From: Somniosus microcephalus
Taxonomy: Eukaryota
Direction of reading: 5' to 3'
Length of the DNA: 64,000 nucleotides
NCBI GenBank assembly: GCA_052327205.1
Contig: CM126207.1
Span: forward strand, 162,936,001 to 163,000,000
Below are positions 21,901 through 33,950 of the stretch, in pieces. Each line of letters begins with the position of its first letter. The stretch's first letter is position 1. The position numbers and the translations under genes are program-made. A model generated the notes under the pieces. That model did not search any database. It was not told the DNA's origin and saw nothing but the letters and a program-made list of their open reading frames with translations.

Positions 21901-24900
21901 AGGAGGGCCGGGTGTTTGTGAGGAGGGCCGGGTGAGGGTGCGGAGGGCCGGGTGTGGGTGAGGAGGGCCGGGTGTTTGTGAGGAGGGCCGGGTGTGGGGA
22001 AGGATGGCCGTGTATGGGTAAGAAGGGCCGGGAGTGGATAAGGAGGGTCGCGTTTGTGTAAGGAGGTTCGGGAGTGGGTAAGCAGGGCCGGGTGTGGGTA
22101 AGGAGGGCCGTTTGTGGGGAAGGCGGGCCATCTGTGGGTAAGGCGGGCCGTCTGTGGGTAAGACGGGCCGTGTGTGGGTAAGGCGGGCTGTGTGTGGGTG
22201 AGGAGGGTCGTGTGTGGGTGAGGAGGGTCGTGTGTGGGTGAGGAGGGTGGTGTGTGGGTGAGGAGGGCCGGGTGTGGGTGAGGAGGGCCGGGTGTGGGTG
22301 AGGAGGGCCGGGTGTGGGTGAGGAGGGCCGGGTGTGGGTGAGGAGGGCCGGGTGTGCGTGAGGATGGCCGGGTGAGGGTGAGGAGGGCCGGGTGTGGGTG
22401 AGGAGGGCCGGGTGTGGGTGAGGAGGGCCGGGTGTGGGTGAGGAGGTCCGGTAGTGGGTAAGGAGGTTTGTGTGTGGGTTAGGAGTGGCGGGTGTTGGTA
22501 AGGAATGTCAGGAGTGGGTTAGGAGGGACGGGTGTGTGTTAGGAGGTCCTTGAGTGTGTTTGGAGGTCCAGTAGTGGGTAAGGAGGGCCGGTAGTGGGTA
22601 AGGAGGGCCGGGAGTGGGTAAGGAGGGCCGGAAGTGGGTATGGAGGGCCTGGAGTGGGTATGGCGGGCCGGGAGTGGGTAAGGATGGCAGGGAATGGGTA
22701 AGGAGGGCCGGGTGTTGGTAAGGAGGGTCGGGTGTGTCGGTAAGGAGGGCCGTGTGTGGGTAAGGAGTGCCATGTGCAGGTAAGGTGGGCCGTGTGTGGG
22801 TAAGGATGGCCATGTATGGGTAAGGAGGGCCGGGAGTGGATAAGGATGGTCGCGTTTGGGTAAGGAGTTTCGGGAGTGGGTAAGCAGGGCCGGGAGTGGG
22901 TAAGGAGGGTCGGGTGTTGGTAAGGAGGGTCGGGTGTGTGGGTAAGGAGGGCCGTGTGTGGGTAAGGAGGGCCGTGTGTGGGTAAGGCGGGCCGTGTGTG
23001 GGTAAGGATGGCCGTGTATGGGTAAGGAGGGCCGGGAGTGGATAAGGAGGGTCGCATTTGAGTAAGGAGGATCGGGAGTAGGTAAGCAGGGCCGGGTGTG
23101 GGTAAGGAGGGCCGGGTGTGGGTAAGGAGCGCTGTTTGTGGGTAAGGCGGACCATGTGTGGGTAAGGCGGGCTGTGTTTGGGTAAGGCGGGCCGTGTGTG
23201 GGTTAGGCGGGCCGTGTGTGAGTGAGGAGGGTCGTGTGTGTGTGAGAAGGGCCGGGTGTGGATGAGGAGGGCCGGGTGTGTGTGAGGAGGGCCGGGTGTG
23301 GGTGAGGAGCGCCGGGTGTGGGTGAGGAGGGCCGGGTGTGGGTGAGGAGGGCCGGGTGAGGGTGAGGAAGGCCGGGTGTGGGTGAGGAAGGCCGGGTGTG
23401 TGAGGAGGGCCAGGTGTGGGTGAGGAGGACCGGTAGTGGGTAAGGAGATTTGTGTGTGGGTAAGGAGTGGCGGGTGTTGGTAAGGAATGCCAGGAGTGGG
23501 TTAGGAGGGGCGGGTGTGTATTAGGAGGTCCGGGAGTGTGTTAGGAGGTCCGGGAGTGTGTAAGGAGGGCCGGGAGTGGGTAAGGAGGGCCGGGAGTGGG
23601 TAAGGAGGGCCGGGAGCGGGTATGGAGGGCCGGGAGTTGGTAGGGAGGGCCGAGAGTGGGTAAGGAGCGCCGGGAGTGGGTAAGGCGGGCCGGGCGTGGG
23701 TAAGGAGGGCCGGGCATGGGTAAGGAGGGACGCGAGTGTGTAAGGAGGGCCGGGAGTGTGTAAGGAGAGCTGTCTGTGTGTAAGGAGGGTCAGGAGTGTG
23801 TTAGAAGGGCCGGGTTTGTGTTTGGAGGGCCGGGTTTGGGTTTGGAGAGCCAGGTGTGGCTAAGGCGGGCCCGGTGTGGGTAAGGCGGGCCAGGTGTGGC
23901 CAAGGGGGGCTGGGTGTGGCCAAGGAGGGCCAGGAGTGGCCAAGGAGAGCCGGGTGTGGCCAAGGAGGGCCGGGTGTGGCAAAGGAGGGCGGGGTGTGAG
24001 TAAGGAGGGCGGGGTGTGGATAAGGAGGGCCGGGTATGGGTAAGGAGCGCCGGGTGTGTGTAAGGCAGGTCGGGTGTGGGTAAGGAGGGCCGGGTGTGGG
24101 TAAGGAGGGTCAGGAGTGTGTTTGGTGGTTCGGGTGTGGGTAAGGAGGGTCGGGTGTGGTTAAGGAAGGTCGGGTGTTGGTAAGGAGGGTTGGGTGTGTA
24201 GGTAAGGAGGGCCGTGTGTTGGTAAGGATGGCCGTGTGTGGGTAAGGAGGGCCGGGAGTGGATAAGGAGGGTCGCGTTTGGGTAAGGAGGATCGGGAGTG
24301 GGTAAGCAGGGCTGGGTGTGGGTAAGGAGGGCCGGGTGTGGGTAAGGAGGGCCGTTTGTGGGTAAGGCGGGCCATGTGTGGGTAAGGCGGGCCGTGTGTG
24401 GGAAGGCGGGCCGTGTGTGGGTAAGGAGGGCCGTGTGTGGGTAAGGATGGCTGTGTGTGGGTAAGGAGGGCCGGGATTGGATAAGGAGGGTCGCGTTTGG
24501 GTAAGGAAGTTCGGGAGTGGGTAAGCAGGGCCGTGTGTGGGTAAGGCGGGCCGTGTGTGGATAAGGCGGGCCGTGTGTGGTAAGGCGGGCCGTGTGTGTG
24601 TAACGCGGGCCGTGTGTGGGTAAGGCGGGCCGTGTGTGAGTAAGGCGGGCCGTGTGTGGGTAAGGCGGGCCGTGTGTGCATAAGGAGGGCCGGGTGTGGG
24701 TAAGGATGGCTGTGTGTGGGTAAGGAGGGCCGGGATTGGATAAGGAGGGTCGCGTTTGGGTAAGGAAGTTCGGGAGTGGGTAAGCAGGGCCGTGTGTGGG
24801 TAAGGCGGGCCGTGTGTGGGTAAGGCGGGCCGTGTGTGGATAAGGCGGGCCGTGTGTGGTAAGGCGGGCCGTGTGTGAGTAAGGCGGTCCGTGTGTGGGT

Positions 24901-25312
24901 AAGGCGGGCCGTGTGTGAGTAAGGCGGGCCGTGTGTGGTTAAGGCGGGCCGTGTGTGCATAAGGAGGGCCGGGTGTGCATAAGCAGGGCCGTGTGTGCGT
25001 AAGGCGGGCTGTGTGTGTGTAAGGAGGGCCGGGTGTGTGTAAGGAGGGCCGTGTGAGGATAAGGAGGTCCGTGTGAGGGTAAGGAGGGGCAGGAGTGCGG
25101 AAGGAGGGCTGGGAGTGGGTAAGGAGAGCCGGGTTTGTGTATGTATGTCTGGGAGCGGGTAAGGAGGGCCGGGAGTGGGTAAGGAGAGCCGGGTTTGTGT
25201 ATGTATGTCTGGGAGTGGGTAAGGAGGGCCGGGAGTGGGTAAGGAGAGCCGGGTTTGTGTATGTATGTCTGGGAGTGGGTAAGGAGGGCCGGGAGTGGGT
25301 AAGGAGGGCGGG
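12958..25312 (+). repeat. 20-bp minisatellite array, block 2, with variant domains and kb-scale duplications
   Basis: Same unit continues in phase after the LTR TSD. Variant runs include GGGCAAGGAGGGCCGGCTGT, GGGTGAGG and GGGTAAGGCGGGCCGTGTGT. Confidence 0.97.
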
Positions 25313-26462
25313 GTTAATTTATCCAGTCAGCAACCTGTGACCTGGGAGTGGGGGGTTTCCTTCAATTTTACTATTATGAACAAATCAAATTCAAATCCAA
25401 CAGCATCTCATCTTCCGATTAGGCACTTTACAGCCTTCCGGACTCAACATCGATTTCAACAATTTCAGACCATAACCTCGGCCCCCATTACATTTTTGCT
25501 TATATTTTATCCACATCTATGTTTTGGCCTTTCCCCCCCCCTTTTTTTTCCCACATGGCAGCTGTCTCTCATTCTGCCAGAACACTTCACACCTAATCTA
25601 GAGCTGTCTTTTGTCTCCACTAGTCCTATCACCATCTTGTCTCATTTTGAATACCTCTTAATGTGTCTCACTTCTTTTGTTCTCTTGCAGCCCTGCCTTT
25701 TGACCTATTTCATTTCCTTTCCAGTTTTGAAAAAGGGTTAGTCCCAAAACATCGACTCTATCATCTCTCCACGGATGTTGCCTGGCCTGCTGAGTTTTTC
25801 CAGTATTTTCTGCTTTTATTTCAAATCCAATATTGTCTGTTTCACGGTGCTGATGGATTGAGCAAGAGCAGGGGAGTGAGGGAGTGGGAGACAGTATTCT
25901 GACAGTAGGGGGCGGTGTTGCACCAGGTGAGAAACCTGCAGCCATTCAATGGCCAGAGTCTCACCATCAACAGTCCGTGTATCATTGCAGCAAATTAAAT
26001 GACTGTCACTTAAAGGGGAAGGACACGGGCCTGTCGACATCCAATCTCGGACCGAGCTCTGTGATTTATGTTGATAAGCTTCGTGGAAGGTTTCTGTTTT
26101 TCAGTTATTGCTCCAGGTTTCTCCACAACTCTCATTGGGTGCCTCACAGTTCCCTGGACTGAGGAAGGAGATTCGAGCCCCAGGACATTCACACCATGAC
26201 CTCTGAGCCTCTGCTCGAGAAGGTCCTGAGGCCCCAAGATCATCACTGGGGCAGGAAATGCTCTCATACACCTCTTCCCCAATCAAATCACACACACACA
26301 CACAGACATACTTCCCTGTAGGAGCTGCAGGATAGTGATCAGGAGCCGGATCCCTGGCTGATTTTACTTTATCCCGGGACAATGAGGCCAATTGTAGAGG
26401 CCTAGCTAGGACCATCTAATTAAGCACAGGTCAAGGACTGAGCTGGTTGCTTTCTTGTTTGC
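25313..26462. repeat. Interspersed non-satellite module, copy 1 (with Penelope insertion)
   Basis: Starts gttaatttatccagtcagcaacc and ends gctttcttgtttgc; near-identical to five other copies. Confidence 0.95.
25401..25830 (+). mobile_element. Penelope-like retroelement 3' fragment (also in module copies 2 and 4)
   Basis: Encodes QQHLIFRLGTLQPSGLNIDFNNFR, typical of a GIY-YIG C-terminus, then a T-rich UTR and a degenerate mini-hammerhead-like segment (ttttgaaaaagggttagtcccgaaac in copies 2 and 4). Bounded by the direct repeat TTCAAATCCAA. Absent from copies 3, 5 and 6. Confidence 0.8.
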
Positions 26463-27779
26463 GTGGGTAAGGAGGGCCTGGAGTGGGTAAGGAGGGCCGG
26501 GAGCATGTAAGGAGGGACGGGTGTGTGTAAGGGGAAGTGGGTGTCTGTAAGGAGGGCCGGGTGTGGGTAAGGAGGGCCTGGTGTGTGTAAGGAGGGCCGG
26601 GTGCGGGTAAGGAGGGCCTGGTGTGGGTAAGGAGGGCCGGGAGTGAGTAAGGATGGCTGTGCGTGGGTAAGGAGGGCCTAGTTTGGGTAACGAAGGCGGG
26701 GTGTGTGTAAGGAGGGAGCTGTGTGAGTAAGGCGGGCCCTGTGTGTGTAAGGCGGGCCGTGTGTGGGTAAGGCGGGCCGCGTGTGGGTAAGGCGGGCCGC
26801 GTGTGGGTAAGGCGGGCCGCGTGTGGTAAGGCTGGCCGCGTGTGGGTAAGTCGGGCTGTGTGTGGGTAAGGCGGGCCGCGTGTGGGTAAGGCGGGCCGCG
26901 TGTGGGTAAGGCGGGCCGTGTGTGGGTAAGGCGGGCCTCGTGTGGGTAAGGCGGGCCGTGTGTGGGTAAGGAGGGCCACGTGTGGGTAAGGCGGGCCGCG
27001 TGTGGGTAAGGCGGGCCTCGTGTGGGTAAGGCGGGCCGCGTGTGGGTAAGGCGGGCCACGTGTGGGTAAGGCGGGCCGCATGTGGGTAAGGCGGGCCGTG
27101 TGTGGGTAAGGCGGGCCGCGTGTGGGTAAGGCGGGCCACGTGTGGGTAAGGCGGGCCGCGTGTGGGTAAGGAGGGCCACGTGTGGGTAAGGCGGGCCGGG
27201 TGTGCATAAGGAGGGCCGGGTGAGTGTATGGCGGGCCGGGTGTGCGTAAGGAGGGCCGGGTGTGCGTAAGGAGGGCCGGGTGTGCGTAAGGAGGGCCGGG
27301 TGTGGTTAAGGAGGGCCGTGTGAGGGTAAGGAGGGGCGGGAGTGCATAAGGAGGGCTGGGAGTGGGTAAGGAGAGCCGGGTTTGTGTATGTATGTCTGGG
27401 AGTGGGTAAGGAGGGCCGGGAGTGGGTAAGGAGGGCCGGGTGTGGGTAAGGAGGTCTGTGTGAGTGTAAGGAGGGGCGGGAGTGCATAAGGAGGGCCGGG
27501 AGTGGGTAAGGAGAGCCGGGTTTGTGTATGTATGTCTGGGATTGGGTAAGGAGGGCCGGGAGTGGGTAAGGAGAGCCGGGTTTGTGTATGTATGTCTGGG
27601 ATTGGGTAAGGAGGGCCGGGAGTGGGTAAGGAGGGCCGGGAGTGGGTAAGGAGAGCCGGGTTTGTGTATGTATGTCTGGGATTGGGTAAGGAGGGCCGGG
27701 AGTGGGTAAGGAGAGCCGGGTTTGTGTATGTATGTCTGGGATTGGGTAAGGAGGGCCGGGAGTGGGTAAGGAGGGCGGG

Positions 27780-28935
27780 GTTAATTTATCCAGTCAGCAA
27801 CCTGTGACCTGGGAGTGGGGGGTTTCCTTCAATTTTACAATTATGAACAAATCAAATTCAAATCCAACAGCATCTCATCTTCCGATTAGGCATTTTACAG
27901 CCCTCCGGACTCAACATCGATTTCAACAATTTCAGAACATAACCTTGGCCCCCATTACATTTTTGCTTATATTTTATCCACATCTTTGTTTTGGCCTTTC
28001 CCCCCCCCCCCGCCTTTTTTTTCCCACATGGCAGCTGTCTCTCATTCTGCCAGAACACTTCACACCTAATCTAGAGCTGTCTTTTGTCTCCACTAGTCCT
28101 ATCACCATCTTGTCTCATTTTGAATACCTCTTAATGTGTCTCAATTCTTTTGTTCTCTCGCAGCCCTGCCTTTTGACCTATTTCATTTCCTTTCCAGTTT
28201 TGAAAAAGGGTTAGTCCCGAAACATCGACTCTATTTTCTCTCCACGGATGTTGCCTGGCCTGCTGAATTTTTCCAGTATTTTCTGCTGTTATTTCAAATC
28301 GAATATTGTCTGTTTCACGGTGCTGATGGATTGAGCGAGAGCAGGGGGAGTGAGGGAGTGGGAGACAGTATTCTGACAGTAGGGGGCAGTGTTGCACCAG
28401 GTGAGAAACCTGCAGCCCTTCAATGGCCAGAGTCTCACCATCAACAGTCCGGGTATCATTGCAGCAAATTAAATGACTGTCACTTAAAGGGGAAGGACAC
28501 GGGCCTGTCGACATCCAATCTCGGACCGAGCTCTGTGATATATGTTGATAAACTTCGTGGAAGGTTTCTGTTTTTCAGTTATTGCTCGAGGTTTCTCCAC
28601 TCCTCTCATTGGGTGCCTCACAGTTCCCTGGACTGAGGAAGGAGATTCGAGCCCCAGGACATTCACACCATGACCTCTGAGCCTCTGCTCGAGAAGGTCC
28701 TGGGGCCCAAAGATCATCACTGGGGCAGGAAATGCTATCATACACCTCTTCCCCACACAAATCACACACACACACACAGACATACTTCCCTGTAGGAGCT
28801 GCAGGATGGTGATCAGGAGCCGGATCCCTGGCTGATTTTACTTTCTCCCGGGACACTGAGGCCAATTGTAGAGGCCTAGCTAGGACCATCTAATTAAGCG
28901 CAGGTCAAGGACTGAGCTGGTCGCTTTCTTGTTTG
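27780..28935. repeat. Module copy 2 (with Penelope insertion)
   Basis: Near-identical to copy 4. Confidence 0.95.
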
Positions 28936-30113
28936 CGTGGGTAAGGAGGGCCGGGAGTGGGTAAGGAGGGCCGGGAGTGGTAAGGAGGGCCGGGAGTGGG
29001 TAAAGAGGGCCGGGAGCATGTAAGGAGGGATGGGTGTGTGTAAGGGGCATTGGGTGCCTGTAAGGAGGGCCGGGTGTGGGTAAGGAGGGCCTGGTGTGGG
29101 TAAGGAGGGCCGGGAGTGAGTAAGGATGGCCGTGCGTGGTTAAGGCGGGCCTAGTATGAGTAAGGAAGGCCGGGTGTGTGTAAGGAGGGAGCTGTGTGAG
29201 TAATGCGGGCCGTGTGTGCGTAAGGCGGGCCGGGTGTGCGTAAGGTGGGCCGCGTGTGGGTAAGGAGGGCCGGGTGTGCGTAAGAAGGGCTGGGTGTGCG
29301 TAAGGCGGGCTGTGTGTGGGTGAGGCGGGCCGTGTATGGGTAAGGCGGGCCGTGTTTGGGTAAGGAGGGCCGGGTGTGCGTAAGGAGGGCCGGGTGTGCG
29401 TAAGGCGGGCCGCGTGTGGGTGAGGCGGGCCGTGTATGGGTAAGGCGGGCCGTGTGTGGGTAAGGAGGGCCGTGTGTGCGTAAGGAGGGCCGGGTGTGCG
29501 TAAGGAGGGCCGGGTGTGCGTAAGGAGAGCCGGGTGTGCGTAAGGAGGGCCGGGTGTGCGTAAGGAGAGCCGGGTGTGCGTAAGGAGGGCCGGGTGTGCG
29601 TAAGGAGGGCCGGGTGTGCGTAAGGAGGGCCGGGTGTGCGTAAGGAGGGCCGGGTGTGCGTAAGGAGGGCCGGGTGTGCGTAAGGAGAGCCGGGTGTGCG
29701 TAAGGAGGGCCGGGTGTGCGTAAGGAGGGCCGGGTGTGCGTAAGGAGAGCCGGGTGTGCGTCAGGAGGGCCGGGTGTGCGTAAGGAGGGCCGGGTGTGCG
29801 TAAGGAGGGCCGGGTGTGCGTAAGGAGGGCCGGGTGTGCGTAAGGAGGGCCGGGTGTGCGTAAGGAGGGCCGGGTGTGCGTAAGGAGAGCCGGGTGTGCG
29901 TAAGGAGGGCCGGGTGTGCGTAAGGAGGGCCGTGTGAGGGTAAGGAGGTCCGTGTGAGGGTAAGGAGGGGCGGGAGTGCGTAAGGAGGGCTGGGAGTGGG
30001 TAAGGAGGGGCAGGAGTGCGTAAGGAGGGCTGGGAGTGGGTAAGGAGAGCCGGGTTTGTGTATGGATGTCCGGGAGTGGGTAAGGAGGGCCAGGAGTGGG
30101 TAAGGAGGGCGCG

Positions 30114-30834
30114 GTTAATTTATCCAGTCAGCAACCTGTGACCTGGGAGTGTTGGGTTTCCTTCAATTTTACTATTACGAACAAATCAAATTCAAACGCA
30201 AATTTCTCTGTTTCACGGTGCTGATGGATTGAGCGAGAGCAGGGGGAGTGAGGGAGTGGGAGACAGTGTTCTGACAGTAGGGGGCAGTGTTGCACCAGGT
30301 GAGAAACCTGCAGCCCTTCAATGGCCAGAGTCTCACCATCAACAGTCCGGGTGCCATAGCGACAAATTAAATGACTGTCATTTAAAGGGGAAGGAGACGG
30401 GCCTGTCGACATCCAATCTCGGACCTGTGATTTATGTTGATACATTTCCTGGAATGTTCCTGTTTTTCAGTTATTGCTACAGGTTTCTCCACTCCTCTCA
30501 TTGGGTGCCTCACAGTTCCCTGGACTGAGGAAGGAGATTCGAGCCCCAGGACATTCACACCATGACCTCTGAGCCTCTGCTCGAGAAGGTCCTGAGGCCC
30601 AAAGTTCATCACTGGGGCAGGAAAATATCTCATACAACTCTTCCACACAAAACTCACACAAGGACACACACACAGAGACACACTTCCCTGTAGGAGCTGC
30701 AGGATGGTGATCAGGAGCAGGATCCCTGGCTGATTTCACTTTCTCCCGGGGCACTGAGGCCAATTGTAGAGGCCTAGCTCAGACCATCTAAATGAGCACA
30801 GGTCAAGGACTGAGCTGGTCACTTTCTTGTTTGC
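30114..30834. repeat. Module copy 3 (no Penelope insertion)
   Basis: Empty site caaattcaaacgcaaatttctctg; near-identical to copy 5. Confidence 0.95.
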
Positions 30835-32791
30835 ATGGGTAAGGAGGGCCGGGAGTGGGTAAGGAGGGTCCGGTGCGGTAAGGAGGGCTGTGTGCGAGTA
30901 AAGAGGGTCGGGTGCATGTAAGGAGGGACGGGTGTGTGTAAGGGGCATTGGGTGTCTGTAAGGAGGGCCGGCTGTGCGTAAGGAGGGTCAGGAGTGGGTT
31001 AGGAGGGTCAGGAGTGGGTTAGGAGGGCCGTGTGTGGGTAAGGCGGGTTGTGTGTGGGTAAGGCGTGCCTTGTGTGGTTAAAGCGGGCCATGTGTGGGTA
31101 AGGCAGGCCGTGTGTGGGTAAGGGGGTCGTGTGTGGGTAAGGCGGGCCGTGTGTGGGTAAGGCGGGCCGTGTGTGGGTAAGGCGGGCCGTGTGTGGGTAA
31201 GGCGGGCCATGTGTGGGTAAGGCGGGCCGGGTGAGGGTAAGGCGGGCCGGGTGTGGGTAAGGAGGGCCGTGTGTGTGTAAGGAGGGCCTGGAGTGGTATG
31301 GACGGCCGGGTGTGAGTTATGAGCGCCTTGAGTGGGTAACGAGATCTGGGTATGGGTAAGGAGGGCCGTGTGTGGGTACGGAATGGCGGGTATCGGTAAC
31401 GAGGGCCGAGAATGAGATCGGAGGGCCAGTTGTGGGTTAGGAGGGTTGGGAGTGGGAAAGGAGCGCCGAGTGTGAGTTAGCAGGGTCGGGAGTGTTAGAA
31501 AGGAGAGCCAGGTGTGGGTAAGGAGGGCCGGGTGTGGGTAAGACGGGCCGCGTGTGGGTAAGGCGGGCCGCGTGTGAGTAAGGCGGGCCGCGTGTGGGTA
31601 AGGCGGGCCGCGTGTGAGTAAGGCGGGCCGCGTGTGGGTAAGGCGGGCCGCGTGTGGGTAAGGCGGGCCGCGTGTGAGTAAGGCGGGCCGCGTGTGGGTA
31701 AGGCGGGCCGCGTGTGGGTAAGGCGGGCCGCGTGTGGGTAAGGCAGGCCACGTGTGGGTAAGGCGGGCCTCGTGTGGGTAAGGCGGGCCGCGTGTGGGTA
31801 AGGCGGGCCGCGTGTGGGTAAGGCGGGCCGTGTGTGGGTAAGGAGGGCTGGGTGTGGGTAAAGCGGGCTGTGTGTGGGTAAGGATGGCCGGGTGTGCATA
31901 AGGAGGGCCGGGTGTGCATAAGGAGGGCCGGGTGTGCATAAGGAGGGCCGGGTGTGCGTAAGGAGGGCCGGGTGTGCGTAAGGAGGGCCGGGTGTGCGTA
32001 AGGAGGGCCGGGTGTGGTTAAGGAGGGCCGGGTGTGCGTATGGCGGGCCGGGTGTGGTTAAGGAGGGCCGGGTGTGCGTAAGGAGGGCCGGGTGTGCATA
32101 AGGAGGGCCGTGTGTGCGTAAGGAGGGCCGGGTGTGGTTAAGGAGGGCCGTGTGAGGGTAAGGAGGTCTGTGTGAGTGTAAGGAGGGGCGGGAGTGCATA
32201 AGGAGGGCTGGGAGTGGGTAAGGAGAGCCGGGTTTGTGTATGTATGTCTGGGAGTGGGTAAGGAGGGCCGGGAGTGGGTAAGGAGGGCCGGGTGTGCGTA
32301 AGGAGGGCCGGGTGTGGGTAAGGAGGTCTGTGTGAGTGTAAGGAGGGGCGGGAGTGCATAAGGAGGGCCGGGAGTGGGTAAGGAGAGCCGGGTTTGTGTA
32401 TGTATGTCTGGGATTGGGTAAGGAGGGCCGGGAGTGGGTAAGGAGAGCCGGGTTTGTGTATGTATGTCTGGGATTGGATAAGGAGGGCCGGGAGTGGGTA
32501 AGGAGAGCCGGGTTTGTGTATGTATGTCTGGGATTGGGTAAGGAGGGCCGGGAGTGGGTAAGGAGGGCCGGGAGTGGGTAAGGAGAGCCGGGTTTGTGTA
32601 TGTATGTCTGGGATTGGGTAAGGAGGGCCGGGAGTGGGTAAGGAGAGCCGGGTTTGTGTATGTATGTCTGGGATTGGGTAAGGAGGGCCGGGAGTGCGGA
32701 AGGAGGGCTGGGAGTGGGTAAGGAGAGCCGGGTTTGTGTATGTATGTCTGGGAGTGGGTAAGGAGGGCCGGGAGTGGGTAAGGAGGGCGGG

Positions 32792-33950
32792 GTTAATTTA
32801 TCCAGTCAGCAACCTGTGACCTGGGAGTGGGGGGTTTCCTTCAATTTTACAATTATGAACAAATCAAATTCAAATCCAACAGCATCTCATCTTCCGATTA
32901 GGCATTTTACAGCCCTCCGGACTCAACATCGATTTCAACAATTTCAGAACATAACCTTGGCCCCCATTACATTTTTGCTTATATTTTATCCACATCTTTG
33001 TTTTGGCCTTTTCCCCCCCCCCCCGCCTTTTTTTTCCCACATGGCAGCTGTCTCTCATTCTGCCAGAACACTTCACACCTAATCTAGAGCTGTCTTTTGT
33101 CTCCACTAGTCCTATCACCATCTTGTCTCATTTTGAATACCTCTTAATGTGTCTCAATTCTTTTGTTCTCTCGCAGCCCTGCCTTTTGACCTATTTCATT
33201 TCCTTTCCAGTTTTGAAAAAGGGTTAGTCCCGAAACATCGACTCTATTTTCTCTCCACGGATGTTGCCTGGCCTGCTGAATTTTTTCAGTATTTTCTGCT
33301 GTTATTTCAAATCGAATATTGTCTGTTTCACGGTGCTGATGGATTGAGCGAGAGCAGGGGGAGTGAGGGAGTGGGAGACAGTGTTCTGACAGTAGGGGGC
33401 AGTGTTGCACCAGGTGAGAAACCTGCAGCCGTTCAATGGCCAGAGTCTCACCATCAACAGTCCGGGTATCATTGCAGCAAATTAAATGACTGTCACTTAA
33501 AGGGGAAGGACACGGGCCTGTCGACATCCAATCTCGGACCGAGCTCTGTGATATATGTTGATAAACTTCGTGGAAGGTTTCTGTTTTTCAGTTATTGCTC
33601 GAGGTTTCTCCACTCCTCTCATTGGGTGCCTCACAGTTCCCTGGACTGAGGAAGGAGATTCGAGCCCCAGGACATTCACACCATGACCTCTGAGCCTCTG
33701 CTCGAGAAGGTCCTGGGGCCCAAAGATCATCACTGGGGCAGGAAATGCTCTCATACACCTCTTCCCCACACAAATCACACACACACACACAGACATACTT
33801 CCCTGTAGGAGCTGCAGGATGGTGATCAGGAGCCGGATCCCTGGCTGATTTTACTTTCTCCCGGGACACTGAGGCCAATTGTAGAGGCCTAGCTAGGACC
33901 ATCTAATTAAGCGCAGGTCAAGGACTGAGCTGGTCGCTTTCTTGTTTGCG
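32792..33950. repeat. Module copy 4 (with Penelope insertion)
   Basis: Near-identical to copy 2. Confidence 0.95.

Noticed and set aside
25720-25760. Active hammerhead ribozyme in the Penelope fragment
   Set aside because: The catalytic CTGANGA box is mutated (TTGAAAA), and copy 1 also lacks CGAAAC, so it is likely inactive.
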